A stretch of DNA of 64,000 bases from Fimbriosthenelais zetlandica (GCA_977030845.1 OZ365118.1:16988001-17052000); one strand, 5' to 3'. Positions 1-13,456 are shown, counted from the first letter of the stretch. The notes: generated by a model not told the origin, from the sequence alone. Program-made: numbers and translations.

Positions 1-630
1 CCAGCATCAGTTACCCCAGCTACATTGAACAGCGGCCCCAAATTCTATCAATATCACAAATCCAATTGCGTACTTTGTTAAAAGGACAGCAATAAAAGCC
101 TGACCTATTTCAGAGAATTCTGACCCCATGAAAAACATTGGGTGTCATCAGATGATGTTTGGGGCCCGTGATGGGGGGTGAATTTATGACCTTGGAGGGC
201 AAATGTCATTTGTATTACTTGGCTAGATGGAGAAACTATGTAGATCTAGAAAATAAATTCCCAGTGAGTTTCAAAGTGGAGCATTGGAGGCCATCAAAGT
301 TTATTAGGAGATGGGAGGAGGAGACAGGTTTAAATTGGATGAGATGGCGGGATGGAGGGAATACCAATGATTCTCAGACGATAGATTCTTTAACATTCAC
401 CTCTCTCTCTTGATTACAACGTAAAGTGACAGTTTTTCTTGCCATCCCAATTCTGCGCTTCGTCTTAATGACATTGCTGTATTAACGTGCAGGGCATCAG
501 TTGCTATAACCATCTGATCGTCGCATTTTATGAGAATTCTCGCACTAATAAGTACTTTTAAACAGTGTTTGCAGATGACATTTTATAGCACAAGTCAAAA
601 CTTTAGTAGATTCATCGTATTAAAAGTGCA

Positions 631-668
631 AGAGAACATGAGAGAACATGCAAGAACATGAGAGAACA
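631..668. repeat. 10-bp tandem repeat (AGAGAACATG) x~4
   Basis: agagaacatg agagaacatg caagaacatg agagaaca read directly. Confidence 0.9.
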
Positions 669-3600
669 ATGGGTTATTTCGGGAATTCAATGAAAAAAGT
701 AGGAGGATATTGATATCCATACTGTTTTTAAGTAGCCTAAATCCATGCACTGCTGCCATTTATATGATCAGTGTATATGTGAATGCAGCTGTTTAGGGTG
801 GCCAGGCTCTGTTGGTGTATATATGCTCCTCCTTTTGGACACACATGTCACTTTCCCAGGCACTTATTTAGGCCCTACCCTGTGAGCCCTTTTCCTGGCG
901 CTCTGAGACTGTTTCCCGAATCCCTCGGATAACAACTGACTCGGCTGCCTTCCTACATATCTGCATATCTCTATTTACCTCCTCTTCACCTCGCCTAACA
1001 GCGGCCCTCTGCTTTATAATAGCTAAAAATAGCAGTTGGGAGGAAGGTTCCTAACAATAGCAACTCTGATTGACTGTCAACCACATAGATACAGGAGCAC
1101 CGGTCTGTTCTTGGTGCGGGATGAAGGTTACAGATGGACGGCAGGAAACATGTCTGAAAAGAGTGTGTTCCTCATTTCCGATCTGGCTGTGAATGATCAA
1201 AGTATGGCTGATCTATATACAGACTGTGTGACACCCATGTGCCACAATGGCCCTATTCCCTGGGAACATCAAGGACCTGGTTCAACCACTGGGACCAGCA
1301 TTGATTTCTCTATAATGTGAACAGTCCACGGTGTCTGGCATTAAATCAGTGTAATGAAGTTTGCTAGGAGGTCATTGGTGTCTCAGACGGGAAACGTATA
1401 GTCCCAGGTCAGGACTCCCCCACGGTCTTTGTATCTAGGTGTTGGGAGCTTTTAGCCTTCCGAGTGAAAAACCAATCTGGTTCTCACAGAAAGTGAGTAT
1501 AAATGTGCTTTTGGGAGGATAATATCAACCAATATTGGTGTTGGCTATGTCCGGGTCTGTGCCAAAAAACTGGCTGGAATGAGCCATAAGTCAGTGAATT
1601 CAATTCATATCTGAAATCCCGTACTGTCATATAGGAGCCACTCTTCTTGCAGTATGGGACCACCCGATTGAAAAATGACTACTGTATGTCATTTACAAGC
1701 AGTACTGGAGTATAGAAATAGCTTGTTACACTCCTTATACATAGGTTTCTGAGGAGTGCATCTGCGGCATGGTCTTTACAAAGGCAACACCTAGTTTCCA
1801 TTTGGCAATCGTCCTGAAATCAATTCAGTTTTAGACCCAATCAGAAACCCGAGAGATAAGAAGAAAGGCATTCAAGGGGAAAGGATTGTGCCGGCTTGGC
1901 GAGGACAATAAAAGTGGTTTGGGTGTGGGATGTTGGTTAATCGCATAATTAGGACCCGTGCTCGCTAGCTGAGCTGCTCCCTAATACTCTAACAAGCTCT
2001 GACCTGTCGAGCATCATTACCAGAACCCATATATATCCGTGTTAAGAAACAAGGGCCTCCACCAGTGTTTTCAGCTTGCATTAGGTTCGACTCGCCTAAT
2101 GGCATCTGAAACAGGGCAACCGGTGGCTAGACATTGACAGTAGCAGCTGCTTTTTTCCACTCAGATTAGGAGCACAATGGATAGGCTTGACTAATCAGTA
2201 CCAACAGACCAACTCAGGAAAAAGTGATAGAGTCTGATTGAAACAGGAGCCCTTTATCCTCCCTCGACTAGGAGCTAGTCTTTTTCTAAACTGTTATTCA
2301 ACAGGGAGTTCATGTTTCGTTTGGCGAGCTAGACCTCACATGCTCTTGTACGCTTAAGGGCCAGTTTCCCGCACTGCAATTCCCTTTGGTGTCCATAAAA
2401 GAATCCAGGTTCATTTGAAGTATTTCGTAATGGACCCATTGAAGCCATAATCTTTGATGGCATTGTGCAATATTACTAGAAGGCATGACATCTGAATGCA
2501 GTGCAAACATTCATCAAGTGCAAGTCACCTAACATTTCAGGGTAAAAATTAACACAAACTCACTTTGAGAAGCAAAGCCTTTTTTGATGTTATCTCTATT
2601 GTCTTCTGTCACCTGACAACAATTGTCTATAATGTTGATGGGAATTTTATTCAACATTCCCATAACTGGGATTCACTTTTGGCTTCGTTGAAGATTTGGC
2701 TATGACAGAAGAGAAGTCACTGCCATCAGTGTGAAAAAGAGCGACGATTGAGCACTGACAGCGTCGGTGATGTAGGACGATAGGACATATTTCAAAACAA
2801 GGCGAGGAGATGGAGTAGGCGAATGGAACATCCATAAAACAAACTGGTTTTCTGGTGTTAGGAGCTCTGAAATGGGGACCTGATGTATACAAGATGGCTT
2901 CCGTCACTGAGGTGTCACCTTCAAATAGATTTCGGAAGTGTGGCGAGACATAAGGCACTATCCCTGCTGTTCCGGCCTCACATGCCGAGGACGCAGCAGA
3001 GGAAGGAGTGTTTTTTAGCTGGGAAGGCTATCAGTCAAAGGGAATAAGTGATGCTGGTAGATGCGGCCATGGAGCAATCTTGTGTCTGCTCATGTGAATA
3101 GTTAAGTAATACTCGATACGTGTCTGGTAAAGGAGGGGCACGTATACGGGGCACGCAATGTCCCAATACCATCCCTCACTTTTAACGTTCACCAAGAACG
3201 ATGGCACAAAACTCCTGCACAGATGCTCGGAGGTGGAATAATTTGCTGATTTTGAGCTATATGTGGAGTAAGACGAGACGGGTCCCACTGGATGGCATGC
3301 ACTATCTCTGGTCACTCACCCAGGTTGGATGGAGAAAGCTCGGGTCTCTGGTGGGCCATGAATTTATTCTTTTAGACGTGCAGTCAATTGATTTCCATGC
3401 GGTTCCCTCTATCATGGGGGTCTTTTGCTTTAGATAGTTGCGTCTGTGCCTCAGACTCTATGAGGCTGGCTATATATGCCTCCACAAAGATATGATATTG
3501 AGGCACACCAGAGGTCCTTATTCTTCACTTGTTCCAACATTTGTTACTTTAAGTTCATTCCCTTTGCTCGCCCTGGACCCTCCCCTCTGTCTGCATGTTC

Positions 3601-4199
3601 CTCTCAGAATCCTCGTAAAGATTTAAATTGAATCTTTCGGTGATTTACTCTCTGTTTTTCCCTTATCTCCTCTCACTCCCCTCCTGGAACTTTCCTTTCC
3701 ACTATCTCGTACTTTTACCTTAAATCTTGCCGTTCCATGCAATCAGTGTAAAAACGAGGTCTCCAGGAAGCTGAGGAATCCATCTTTCTTCCTCAGGCTG
3801 CAATCACAGTCAATTTAATGGCCCTGTAATTAATATTCGTCTCTGATTATACAAAGCTGTGCGACCCCCCTCCAGATACGACAACATCCGATAAGAGATA
3901 AATGAAGCGAATAAAACCTGCCTGTTATGGGGAGAAAATTCAGATACGTGCATCTGTTTGTTAACACCAGAGGTGTTCATCAAGCTATTTTACGGCAATA
4001 AAAGGTGGCAGCGAGGTTGTCAAATTCTCATACCACCCAGACAATTATGACCAGACACATGGCTGTGAGAGGGAGGTATAAAGGGGGTGGTATTTGCCAT
4101 GGTATGTCCTCTAATTTGCTGCTTAGACTTGATCAGGCGCTGCTCTCTGACTGTGAGATATGACGCATTGAGCTGTAAAAACACTAGCCCTCATCCCAG

Positions 4200-4430
4200 G
4201 GGGAGGCGGCCCTTCATTAGCACAGTAATCAATTATGTACAATTCATATTTGAATTCAGCCCGGCCCATAAATCCCCAGGATCGGAAATCCTTTTTAAGA
4301 TTATCATCACAGTGGCAGAATGGGCAGCATGCTCTAAATCTGAATTAAGTGCTGACTAGGCACTGAACTTGATAACAAGAGCGGAGTTGATTTATGACTT
4401 GTTCATAAACAAAATTAAACATAAATGAAA
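4200..4430. promoter_or_regulatory. Candidate enhancer/CNE with posterior HOX/CDX and PBX-HOX sites
   Basis: CATAAA at 4267, 4404 and 4420; TGATTTATGA (PBX-HOX9-type) at 4388-4397; forkhead-like TAAACA at 4406; additional TAAT cores. Confidence 0.4.
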
Positions 4431-4752
4431 CGGCTTTAGGACAAAAACTGCCCCAGCATTAGAATAGAACATCGCGTTCGAGAGTCGACTGGGCGGCAAC
4501 GCCCTGGGTGGCAAGGGCAGATAGGTGATAATAAATGGTATTAAACGGACCAGCACTAGCCTGTTGAAGTGTATTTATTTGTAAATGAGGGTCAAGGGAA
4601 GAGCCCTACATGTGTTAAAGCCCCTCATGTCCGCTCACACTCCCCCATCTCTTTCCTCGCTATCTGCCACCTCTTTTGTTAAGGCTACATCAAACCTATC
4701 AACAAACTTGTCTGTTCCGGTCTCATGATCATCACATGACCAATCATGGCGC

Positions 4753-4809
4753 GGGGTTGGGGCTGTAGGGTGGGATTAGAGGTGTGGGGTTGTGTTGGGG
4801 TCCGGGGGG
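4753..4809 (+). other. G-quadruplex-forming motif
   Basis: Seven G>=3 runs within 57 nt. Confidence 0.6.
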
Positions 4810-7800
4810 ATGTTTTACGTGCTACGTGTTTAGGGTGAGAATGAAGGGTTAGCTGGACGGAGGTGATGGAGAGGTACGTGTGGGTGTGACATAAAGACTG
4901 TTTAGCTGGAGGTTTCATGTAGGGGAATGCCATCTGACTCAGTGATAATAGGGTGATTGCTAATGCTAGGAGCATGTCAATGCATTGTGATGAGGCAGGG
5001 GTCACGGCCTGGGTGTCAAGGCCCTTTAGGTACAGTTCTTATGTCACAAGTCTTGTTTTACCCAATTGTTCAATTTGTCGCAACAAGAATTTGAAGCAAG
5101 TTGATTTGAGGCAAAAAGTTGTGTTTGTATATTGTAAGTATGGTCAGTTTCTAGGAGGAAACAAAATGGCCAATATACTTCTCAATACAACTCAGCAATA
5201 GTTCTTGTCCATGCCTCTCACCATAGACAGTAGGAGGCATGGCTGGTCCCAGTTAGCAGCACTAACTGGGGAGGCATCTGTCTTCCAAGCTTAGCTAGCC
5301 TATATCTTGTTCTGATATGACATTAAAAGCTGTAACATGTCGTCATGGATAGATAGCTGTATAAAAATGATATAGATCAGTGTACTTTGCCTCACAGTGT
5401 TGCCTGGCTGTGTCTTACCCACTACCGATCTCCACTACCTCTCTCCTCTCTGACTCAATCCCGGCATATTGATGTATAATTCAGACCCGAGCCCAAAGCC
5501 AGGCAAAGAGCTCTCTATCACTCATTCAGAGGAAATAAAATTCCTGTCATGAAGACTGCATATCAAGTCTATTGGAGAGGATAAACAATAGGCCGGAGCC
5601 CGCCCCCGTCAGATGAAATATATACGACCCTGCTTTATAGAGTCCTTCTGACCAAAGCAAGTCGGTGTATTGCTGACAATTATTTCCCACGTTGAAGCCA
5701 TATATCCTGCCAGATGCAGACCACTGGTCTCCAGCCCTGAGCCGGACCGAGTAAAAACAGAGCGCAAAACTCAACTAACGACTGAAGCCCATTTATCAGA
5801 TGCCGACGAGATAAGGTTCCCTGGTTTTTTTTAAATGATTATTCAAGTGTCAGGCAGTGCCGTGAGGGGAGTGTTCCGCAGATGAAACCCACGCCTGATT
5901 GATACGTTTCAGCGTTGGGAAATATCTCAGGATGAGACTTTAGATTGGCAAAAAGAAATGCGAGATTGAAGTTGGTTTTTGCCTTGAGGATTTTAATTAC
6001 TTTGATAGAGAACTCAGAAATACTGGTTTGTTGTGATTCATGGGAAAGTAATATATCACTATGTGGGAACGAGCAGGTTTCATGTACATAGCAAATAAGT
6101 TTTTCTATTGATTTATCGAATAGGAAAAACCTGAGGAAAAACCTTATCCATTAGATGATATCTTATTACTATGATGTGTCAGATATGTTTTCTTTTCATG
6201 CGTCATATCTTTACCATTCAAATCATCATATATACTTAGTGGAATTACGAGTCAATCAAAGAAAATCAATCTTAGCAACACGCGTGATATTTTTATGCCA
6301 GAGAATCGGGTTTCATGTCATGCTGCTAACATTGAGCAATACAAAAAACATTGATACTAATACTGTTTTTTCTATTGTATCAATCTCCACTTTTCCAGGA
6401 ATACAAATGATAACAATAGTGATGGACTATATATATATAATGATTCTGTTCCCTTCCAGTCATATCCTAGCCTTGATCCCTGTTGCCTGATTTGACTGTT
6501 TAAGTACATGATTACATATTAGCGACCTCTACCTTCCTTCCACCCACCGACAGGGCTTCTTCTCATTACAGGCCCCAAAACCACTTGGTACTAGCCGGGC
6601 ATCCAACCGTTAGATTACCGGTCAATGAGGTAGGGATCGATGTGCACACTAGTGGGAATATGCACATGGTGATCAGATGCCTACAATGAGGGATGCCCTC
6701 CACTCTCTACTCAATGTTTCCAAAGCACAAGAAATGATACAGAGAGAATCCCAAACCCACACCCATGCTAGAAGCATCACTTTACAAGATACATCGGGGT
6801 GAGATGAATTGGAAAGGATGTCACTTTCAATCACGATTTATCCTTAGACTGTATCAGCCTCACTGTCAGGAACCTGGAATTGTACTCTAGATAACATTAA
6901 GGGGCCATTGTAGTACCACGGTACTTATTCCTTATAGTTTCCTCCTCCACTGACTAAGAATGCACATTAGGCATTCCAGTCATGGGTATAGCTTGTTTGG
7001 CGACCTGTACTTGTATATAGGTATGTGCATTCTGTGAAAAGAAACCATAAATCAACTCACCATGTCTATACCTGCAGGGCTGCTGAAGCTGCTAGAAAAA
7101 TATCCTCCAACGCCTTAAGGAGAAGTGAGTGTATACGTATGCTCTTCACTCATATTGTAATATGCTCCAAACGGCCATCCCTCATAAAGGCCTCCTAGAT
7201 TTCTCCCCTCTCTCCTCCAGCCAGCTCCAGCGTCTCCCCGCTGGAAGTGTGTACGTGCGATGCCCCTGCTGGAGGAGGCGTACTGGAGAGAAGGAGTGAA
7301 GAGGCAGTAGATGGAGAGTGAGAGAGTGAGAGCGGTGGAGGGGGAGAGAAGGCTTCACAATCTGGCCGTTGGTGGGTGAGCGTCAGCAGTGTCCGCCTCG
7401 TAGTGTTGGCGGGTGCTGAGATGCTGGCCTTCTCCTACAGAACCTGGCTCCTCCTGGGTTTGCCATGGAGAAGGATGCAACTGCTGAGATGTGATCGATC
7501 CTGTACTACTAGGCCTACTACTACTAAGATGGTTTGCACCATGGCCAAGCTATACTACTTCTATTCCTCCAGCCCTTAGTGTCCAAAGATAGGATAGAGT
7601 TGTGGGTTGACCTCCACTAGATGAAAAGTCTCTCCAGAAGAGAAGAAGGGGAAGAGAATGAAGGGGATGGGAGGAATAGGTGAAGGACATAACATGGCCT
7701 TGGCCTGATATAGCTCTGTAGGAGGTGACTGGAGAATACCCTAAAGTGGTATATACCATTATGGATTCTCCAAGAAAAAGTCGCACCACAAGGTCTGTGT

Positions 7801-8385
7801 GCCGGGATGAATTCTCCTGAGTGACCATGTGCGCATCCATCAAAACTTCAGTTTTTTTTCTCTAAACTACCCTGGGCGACTCGATATGGAATGGCCAGAC
7901 TAAGCTCACTCATATTCAGAGTCATAAGCCAACATTTACCAAATCTGATTGATATGGAAGTTTGCTTCCCAATAAAAGTCAGCTATACAGAGCAACATTA
8001 GAACATTCAAATAACTTTTTTGCTTAAAAAGCAATTGTATTTTTTATGGGTCTTCAGCAAATACAGTACTAGTAGGTCCTCTATTTCCGTTCTTGACCGT
8101 TTTGTACAAGAAAACAAGCTCAGGAAATGCCCTGTGGCCTGGACTTGCGTGGGCAAATAATCGTGCTTCTTTTAGAAGTATCTTTTGTGTGTGTTCTCCA
8201 TCGCAAGATGTTACAGTGAAGCCAAAAGGCCCACACACACACACTCACTCTCTCTGTCTCATCAGGGCTTCTCTGTTTTCTTCTCTCTTCATCAATCAGC
8301 AGTGTAATCTGAAGCCAGCCACTATACGTGTATAAGTAAGCCATTCTATGGTTTCCTCGCCACAGTATTCAATCCCACACAGTGA

Positions 8386-8497
8386 CTCCTTCCCCCAGCC
8401 TCCTTCCCTCAATCACCTTCCCTCAGCCTCCTTCCCTCAATCACCTTCCCTCAATCACCTTCCCTCAATCTCCTTCCCTCAATCACCTTCCCTCAGC
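8386..8497. repeat. 14-bp minisatellite C(T/A)CCTTCCCTCA(AT/GC) x8
   Basis: Eight consecutive 14-nt units read directly; they differ almost only at two diagnostic positions. Confidence 0.95.
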
Positions 8498-8720
8498 ACC
8501 CTTTCTTCAGTCTCATTCCCTCCCGTTCTTTCCTTCCCCCCGTTCTTTCCTTCCCCATTTCTCCCCTTTCATCCCTCTCTTCCCTACTCCTTCCTTCCTT
8601 CCTTGCCTCATCCTCACTCCCCTTCCTCTCTCTCCTGTTGTCCACATACTCCCATCACCTCCCACTCCCACCCCACTTCTCTTCTACACTTCTTTCTTCT
8701 TCCTTTCTCTCCCCAACCTA
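8498..8720. repeat. Polypyrimidine (CT-rich) low-complexity tract
   Basis: Mostly C/T on + strand; explains the P/S/F/L-rich ORFs 8348-8785 and 8382-8780. Confidence 0.9.
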
Positions 8721-9058
8721 CGCCTTTGTCACAGGCTGCAAAACTTTGTTCTAAGAAAAGACTGCAAGCTCAAAAAGTAGTTTAATACTTGATGAATGTG
8801 ATTTTTGTGGAGCAATACTCCACTAGATTAGGGGCCTGCTGTTTTTAACGTCTAAAACACTGCTATTGCAATACAAGGTGTCCTACATTGGCTAATATTA
8901 CTCAAGATCATTTTCCCGAAGTATAGATTTACATCGACTATTTTAAATTATTTTTAAATAACCATGTTCTTAAATGGCAATGAAACGTAGGAACTGAAAT
9001 GTAACCTTATATATGATACTGCAAATCCTATAATTATTTACATGCATTTCAATTTCAG

Positions 9059-9129
9059 AGAAGAAATCACGTTTTACAATGAATCCTCGCGCAAGACTGC
9101 ATTGGAAGATGGATGCAATACTGAACAAG
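9059..9129 (+). other. Candidate 71-nt internal exon
   Basis: Acceptor catttcaatttcag|AG and donor CAAG|GTGGGT; two frames open (EEITFYNESSRKTALEDGCNTEQ; KKSRFTMNPRARLHWKMDAILNK); no homolog recognised. Confidence 0.3.
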
Positions 9130-9249
9130 GTGGGTGTGAACTTGAAACGGAAAGCAAGACATTAGGTGTAAACGAATAGAAATGAAAAATGAGAGATGAA
9201 CAATAGCGAAGAGCACTCCGTTCACTATGGGATTACAAAGATCACAATA

Positions 9250-9410
9250 GCCACCTCCAATTAATCTAATTAATGTGATCTATTTGGGGCAACATGGTCC
9301 GCTATGAAGCAGAGAAGATGGAGGCATGTCGGTGCGATCATTTATAACCCCCAGAGTGTTAGACCGGCCACTAATTAGTTAGTCCAGCTCGGACGCTAAT
9401 TATACAGAGG
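9250..9410. promoter_or_regulatory. Candidate CNE with palindromic homeodomain (TAATTA) cluster
   Basis: AATTAAT 9259, TAATTA 9267, CTAATTAG 9371-9378, TAATTA 9397, interleaved with retained CpGs. Confidence 0.4.
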
Positions 9411-10787
9411 GTCCAGCCCCCTCCTCACTGCCGAGGAACATGAATAAACCAGTGGTTGCAATGTGTGGAGTGATGTGGTAAGATGTGTGGTTATATTAAT
9501 CCTTCCTGGTTACATTAGAGACAGGCAGCTGCGACCAGTGTGTGTATGTAATGCTGGGAACTAGAGCTGACTAACATTTGATCTGTCGGGTTTGTTGGCT
9601 GATGGTAACTTTTTACGGACAAAATTATAAGTCTGTCATCGCTAGCTGATCTATATCATTCCCTTCCCCATATATTTGTTCTGAAGATATAGTGTATTTG
9701 CGGTTGCTACATTAATGGAACAACTGGTATCTTGTTAACAGAGGAGATGGTATATGCTATTGATGCTTACATTTGATGCATATATATTGAATGCAAATCA
9801 ATTTATTAGGAAATTTATCTCAAACTGAGACTCGTCAGTGTTCAATAACAGCCTGATTTAAATTTTCTCAAAGAAAAACTTTGAAAGTCGATTCTTTGTG
9901 AAGTTGATTAAGTGAATGTTATAAAGGAGCGGGTGGGTACGGGGACAGGGGATGAGTTAACGTACAAATAAAGGCTGGGTTCCTCACGAGAAAACAAGGA
10001 AGAGGAGAAGGCAATCATTAATCACCCCAGTTTGTTGTAGCTAGAGAACAATAGACATAAAGATGGATGGGCTTATCATCCTGTCCCAGCCTCAAACATT
10101 AATCCAACCACCTCTACTACCACTCTCTAACTCGTCTACATTGTCTTTTATACCAAGTATTTCCCTGCTACATCTGGATTTTCTATATGTTAAAAATAGT
10201 CCAGGTTGTATGATATATTAGGCCTACAAAACTTTTCAAAAACTTTATAATTTGTTTGAAGTGTTTTGTATGTTTAACCCGCCCCATTGGGTCATTTTCC
10301 TATGCTACTATGAGCACTTTGCCATCATAATATATGCATTTTACTATACTACTTCTATATACACATCTAAGTAAACGCTCTGTAAGTAGAGGCAGACCTT
10401 TGGATTTAGAAATAATCCTTGTTGATATAAAAGATGAATTTTAAAATCTTTATATCAGACATTTTAAAATCTTTGTATTATCAAATCATGTATGACCTTC
10501 ATTCCCTCCCTTTGTAGCTATAGAACTTCATGAAAAAGCTAAGTTTTAAAGCCTGTTATTCATATTCCCTACTGTATGGGTGTTTTACATTGAAAGCATT
10601 AGCCTAAGTATATCTTCTCCTTTTTTCAACTAGAGTAAATGCTTGCCCATCAGATAGATAGATGTGGCTAGGGCACGCGATCTAAGAATAACACGAAAAC
10701 TGTCTTTCAAGAAGGGAAATAGCTTCTAGGTCAGGCCAAAGTTTCTTTCATGTGAAAGGTACACAAAGCCCAACACTTGGCTGATCT

Positions 10788-10808
10788 GGGACGGGTGGGG
10801 GGCTGGGG
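10788..10808 (+). other. Short-loop G-quadruplex motif
   Basis: GGG AC GGG T GGGGGG CT GGGG. Confidence 0.65.
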
Positions 10809-12359
10809 CCACACAAGACAGCTAGGAACCCTTTCTTTTCAACAACAATGACATTTTCCCCCAAGGGAAACATGGTAAAAAAATTCATCTGGTTCCTTTG
10901 CCTCAACTTGGCGATTGGCGTTGTTAAGAAAGCTTTCCCTTTCACATGTTTACCAATCCCCTCCGCACACACACTCTTTTCCACCTGTGAAAATTTCTGG
11001 ATTGGATCCTCAAGATCACCCCCCCACCCCACCCATCTCTCCCCTCCCATTGCACCTTCTCACATAATGACGACAGATTACAAAGATTTAAAATCAAATG
11101 ATGTTGAAGAGCGATGCAAAAGGTAACGTGAAAGGTCGATTCTTCTTTTTCCTCTTTTTCAAAGTGCCCGGTCAGGGAGGCGGTCTGAACATTTGAAGCC
11201 TTTGTTAGTGGCGTTTAAAGACAAAAGAATTAAAGGGTTAAAAGCCATCTTTTTGCCTTCACTGTATCCAATTAGCGTGTCGCTAAGAGTTTTATGATCA
11301 CAAGCCACTATGCCTTTAATACTCGGTCAACAGATGATAATTAAGATGTCAACTACCCCGAGAAAAAAAACCCTGACAGGGAGAATTGAGGGGAGGAGGC
11401 CCTCCACTGAGGTATGCGCCATGCACTTCATTACAGCCTCTATTCTTGTTCTTGACCGGAATTATTTTTTTATTAAAACAGAGGAAAATATTTTTAATAT
11501 GGTCCCTAATGAATTGGAGCATGCCAAGAATAAGACCTCCGGCAAAGGGTACGGGGTGAAGAGATAGGGCAAGGGGGATTTATTAGGTTCCTTAAGATAA
11601 TGGGTGATGACAGCTGCCTCATCTGCATCTCATGAGGATTTCCCCGTCAGATGACTAGGTTATGAAGGATCATAGTTACAAGTCAAGGGGTTCTAAAGAA
11701 GCATGGTTATTCAGCACCGCGTGCTTTAACTAGAGGCATGTAGGATGTTTTTAATGCCTTAAGAAAATAAAATAAATGTCACAATTGATGGTCTAGTGAA
11801 TTATGAAAGAATCTTATTTGTGTAGACATTAGTTATTTTCACTAATAGGACACTTAAAGTCTATATGTAAAAATCAAGCTTGTGGTGGAATGAAATGGTC
11901 TTATGAGAAAGTATTATCTACCCGTGGTTTTAATGATGATATAATACCTATTATACTTCTAATCCATTTCTCATAACTTGGGTCTGGATTATTATTCTTT
12001 ATAATTATATGTTGTATGGGAGTTGGTAACAAATGTTCCTTTAGTTGGGCCTCAATATCATTAATCCCCTTACTGAGTTATCAGGTAGACATGTATCTTC
12101 TCCTTACATCCCAGGAGTATTCTCTATAGGAAATATTGCTTTACTTGTAAAAAGGCAAAGGAAGAAATAGGGAGAAACATGAGATTCACGATCTAAAAAC
12201 TGGCCTCGCTCTGCAAGAAATATTATAGTATAAATGTGAACCGTGAGCTCTGACAATACGGGAGTCTGATTTCATACATAATAACTCACCCCGTCTGCCC
12301 TTCATGATCTTTAACAGCAGAGATTTGTTGATCTCCAATTAAAAGGTGAAATGTGTGTA

Positions 12360-12460
12360 GGTGGCGGCCAGCTGGTGCCGTGTAAAGGGCCCCGCCTTGA
12401 TTGAGATTTGATTGAGTCAGGCGGCTTGATTGATGGTCTTCATCTATCAGGTCTAATTGC
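12360..12460. promoter_or_regulatory. Candidate CNE with triple TTGATTGA (PBX/ONECUT-type) plus AP-1 and E-box
   Basis: TTGATTGA at 12397, 12408 and 12426; TGAGTCA 12413-12419; CAGCTG 12369-12374. Confidence 0.45.
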
Positions 12461-12466
12461 TTTCTC

Positions 12467-12735
12467 TTCTCTCTCAGTTTCTCTCTCAGTTTCTCTCTCA
12501 GTCTCACTCCCCCCCCCCCCCCCCCCCTGTCTCGCTCTCCATCTCTGTTTCTATTCCTTCCCTACTTTCGTGCTTCTCTTGTTCTCTCCATTTCTTTTCC
12601 TCTCTCTCACTCTCTCTCGATCTTCCCCCTCTCTCTCCTCTCCTTCCTCTTCAATCCCTTTCTCTCCCTGACCCATCCACTTTCAACCCAAACGCTAGCC
12701 GCTCTCCCCCCAATCCTCCAGACCCCCACCCACCC
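12467..12735. repeat. (TTCTCTCTCAGT)x3, C19 homopolymer and CT-rich tract
   Basis: Three exact 12-mers at 12467-12502; poly-C 12509-12527; pyrimidine-rich to ~12735. Confidence 0.95.
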
Positions 12736-13456
12736 ACTGGCTACCCGTAGAACCATACACATACCATCTTGACCGGTCCCATCCTCTGCACTCCTTTCAT
12801 ATCCTTATCTTTACCTCACCGGTACATCACTGTAAGTGCTTGTACGTTTCTTATCATTGCACTTTGGTATTCTTATTGTTTCAGTGGAACACTCAAGGGA
12901 CTATAAAAGCCCATCCATTCCTTATGTGGTATGAATATGTAAAGGATATCCTCCTTCATATAGCCCTTTATTGCTTCTTGAAGTGAGATTCACAGGGCAT
13001 TCATGTCCGACTATGGAGATATATACCCTTGAGTTGATTGAATAATTCGCTCATTAATATGAAATATCTTTCTTTTAGAATAACAAACGAAGCCCTCCCA
13101 ATATATAAATATTCATTTAAATTCTCGTTATTTGTACTTGACGACCATTCATATGGCTATTGTGACTAAGCAGGGATTGGTAACAATCAATATCAGGATG
13201 TATGGCACCATATACCATTCCCCCATTATATATTTTGTATCATATAATATACATTACCAGCCGTGTTATGGCTATAATAAAGCACTGACCTTATAAATGA
13301 AACACAGGGGTCGTACATAACGCTTACAAGACCAGATGAATGGACCATTACCGTCCCTGATTTGATCCCTCACTAAATGAGTTCATAATCATGTCAGGGT
13401 TTGATTTAAGACCCTATAGCTTCATCTGATGGGAGCATATTAAGAGGTTAACCTCT

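Noticed and set aside
2084-2093. Pol III B-box-like GGTTCGACTC
   Set aside because: No upstream A box and no tRNA cloverleaf
7061-7282. Minus-strand segment after a very long pyrimidine tract with 70 open codons, and a nearby 64-codon open frame (7353-7545)
   Set aside because: The tract is simply a GA-rich low-complexity run. The peptides are unrecognisable and the second frame lacks an acceptor.
8348-8785. 145-aa and 132-aa ORFs (similarly 12408-12750, 43880-44232, 50050-50572, 61745-62083)
   Set aside because: Artefacts of stop-poor CT/GA tracts and minisatellites
11710-11718. REST/RE1 left half-site TTCAGCACC
   Set aside because: The right half (GGACAG) is absent
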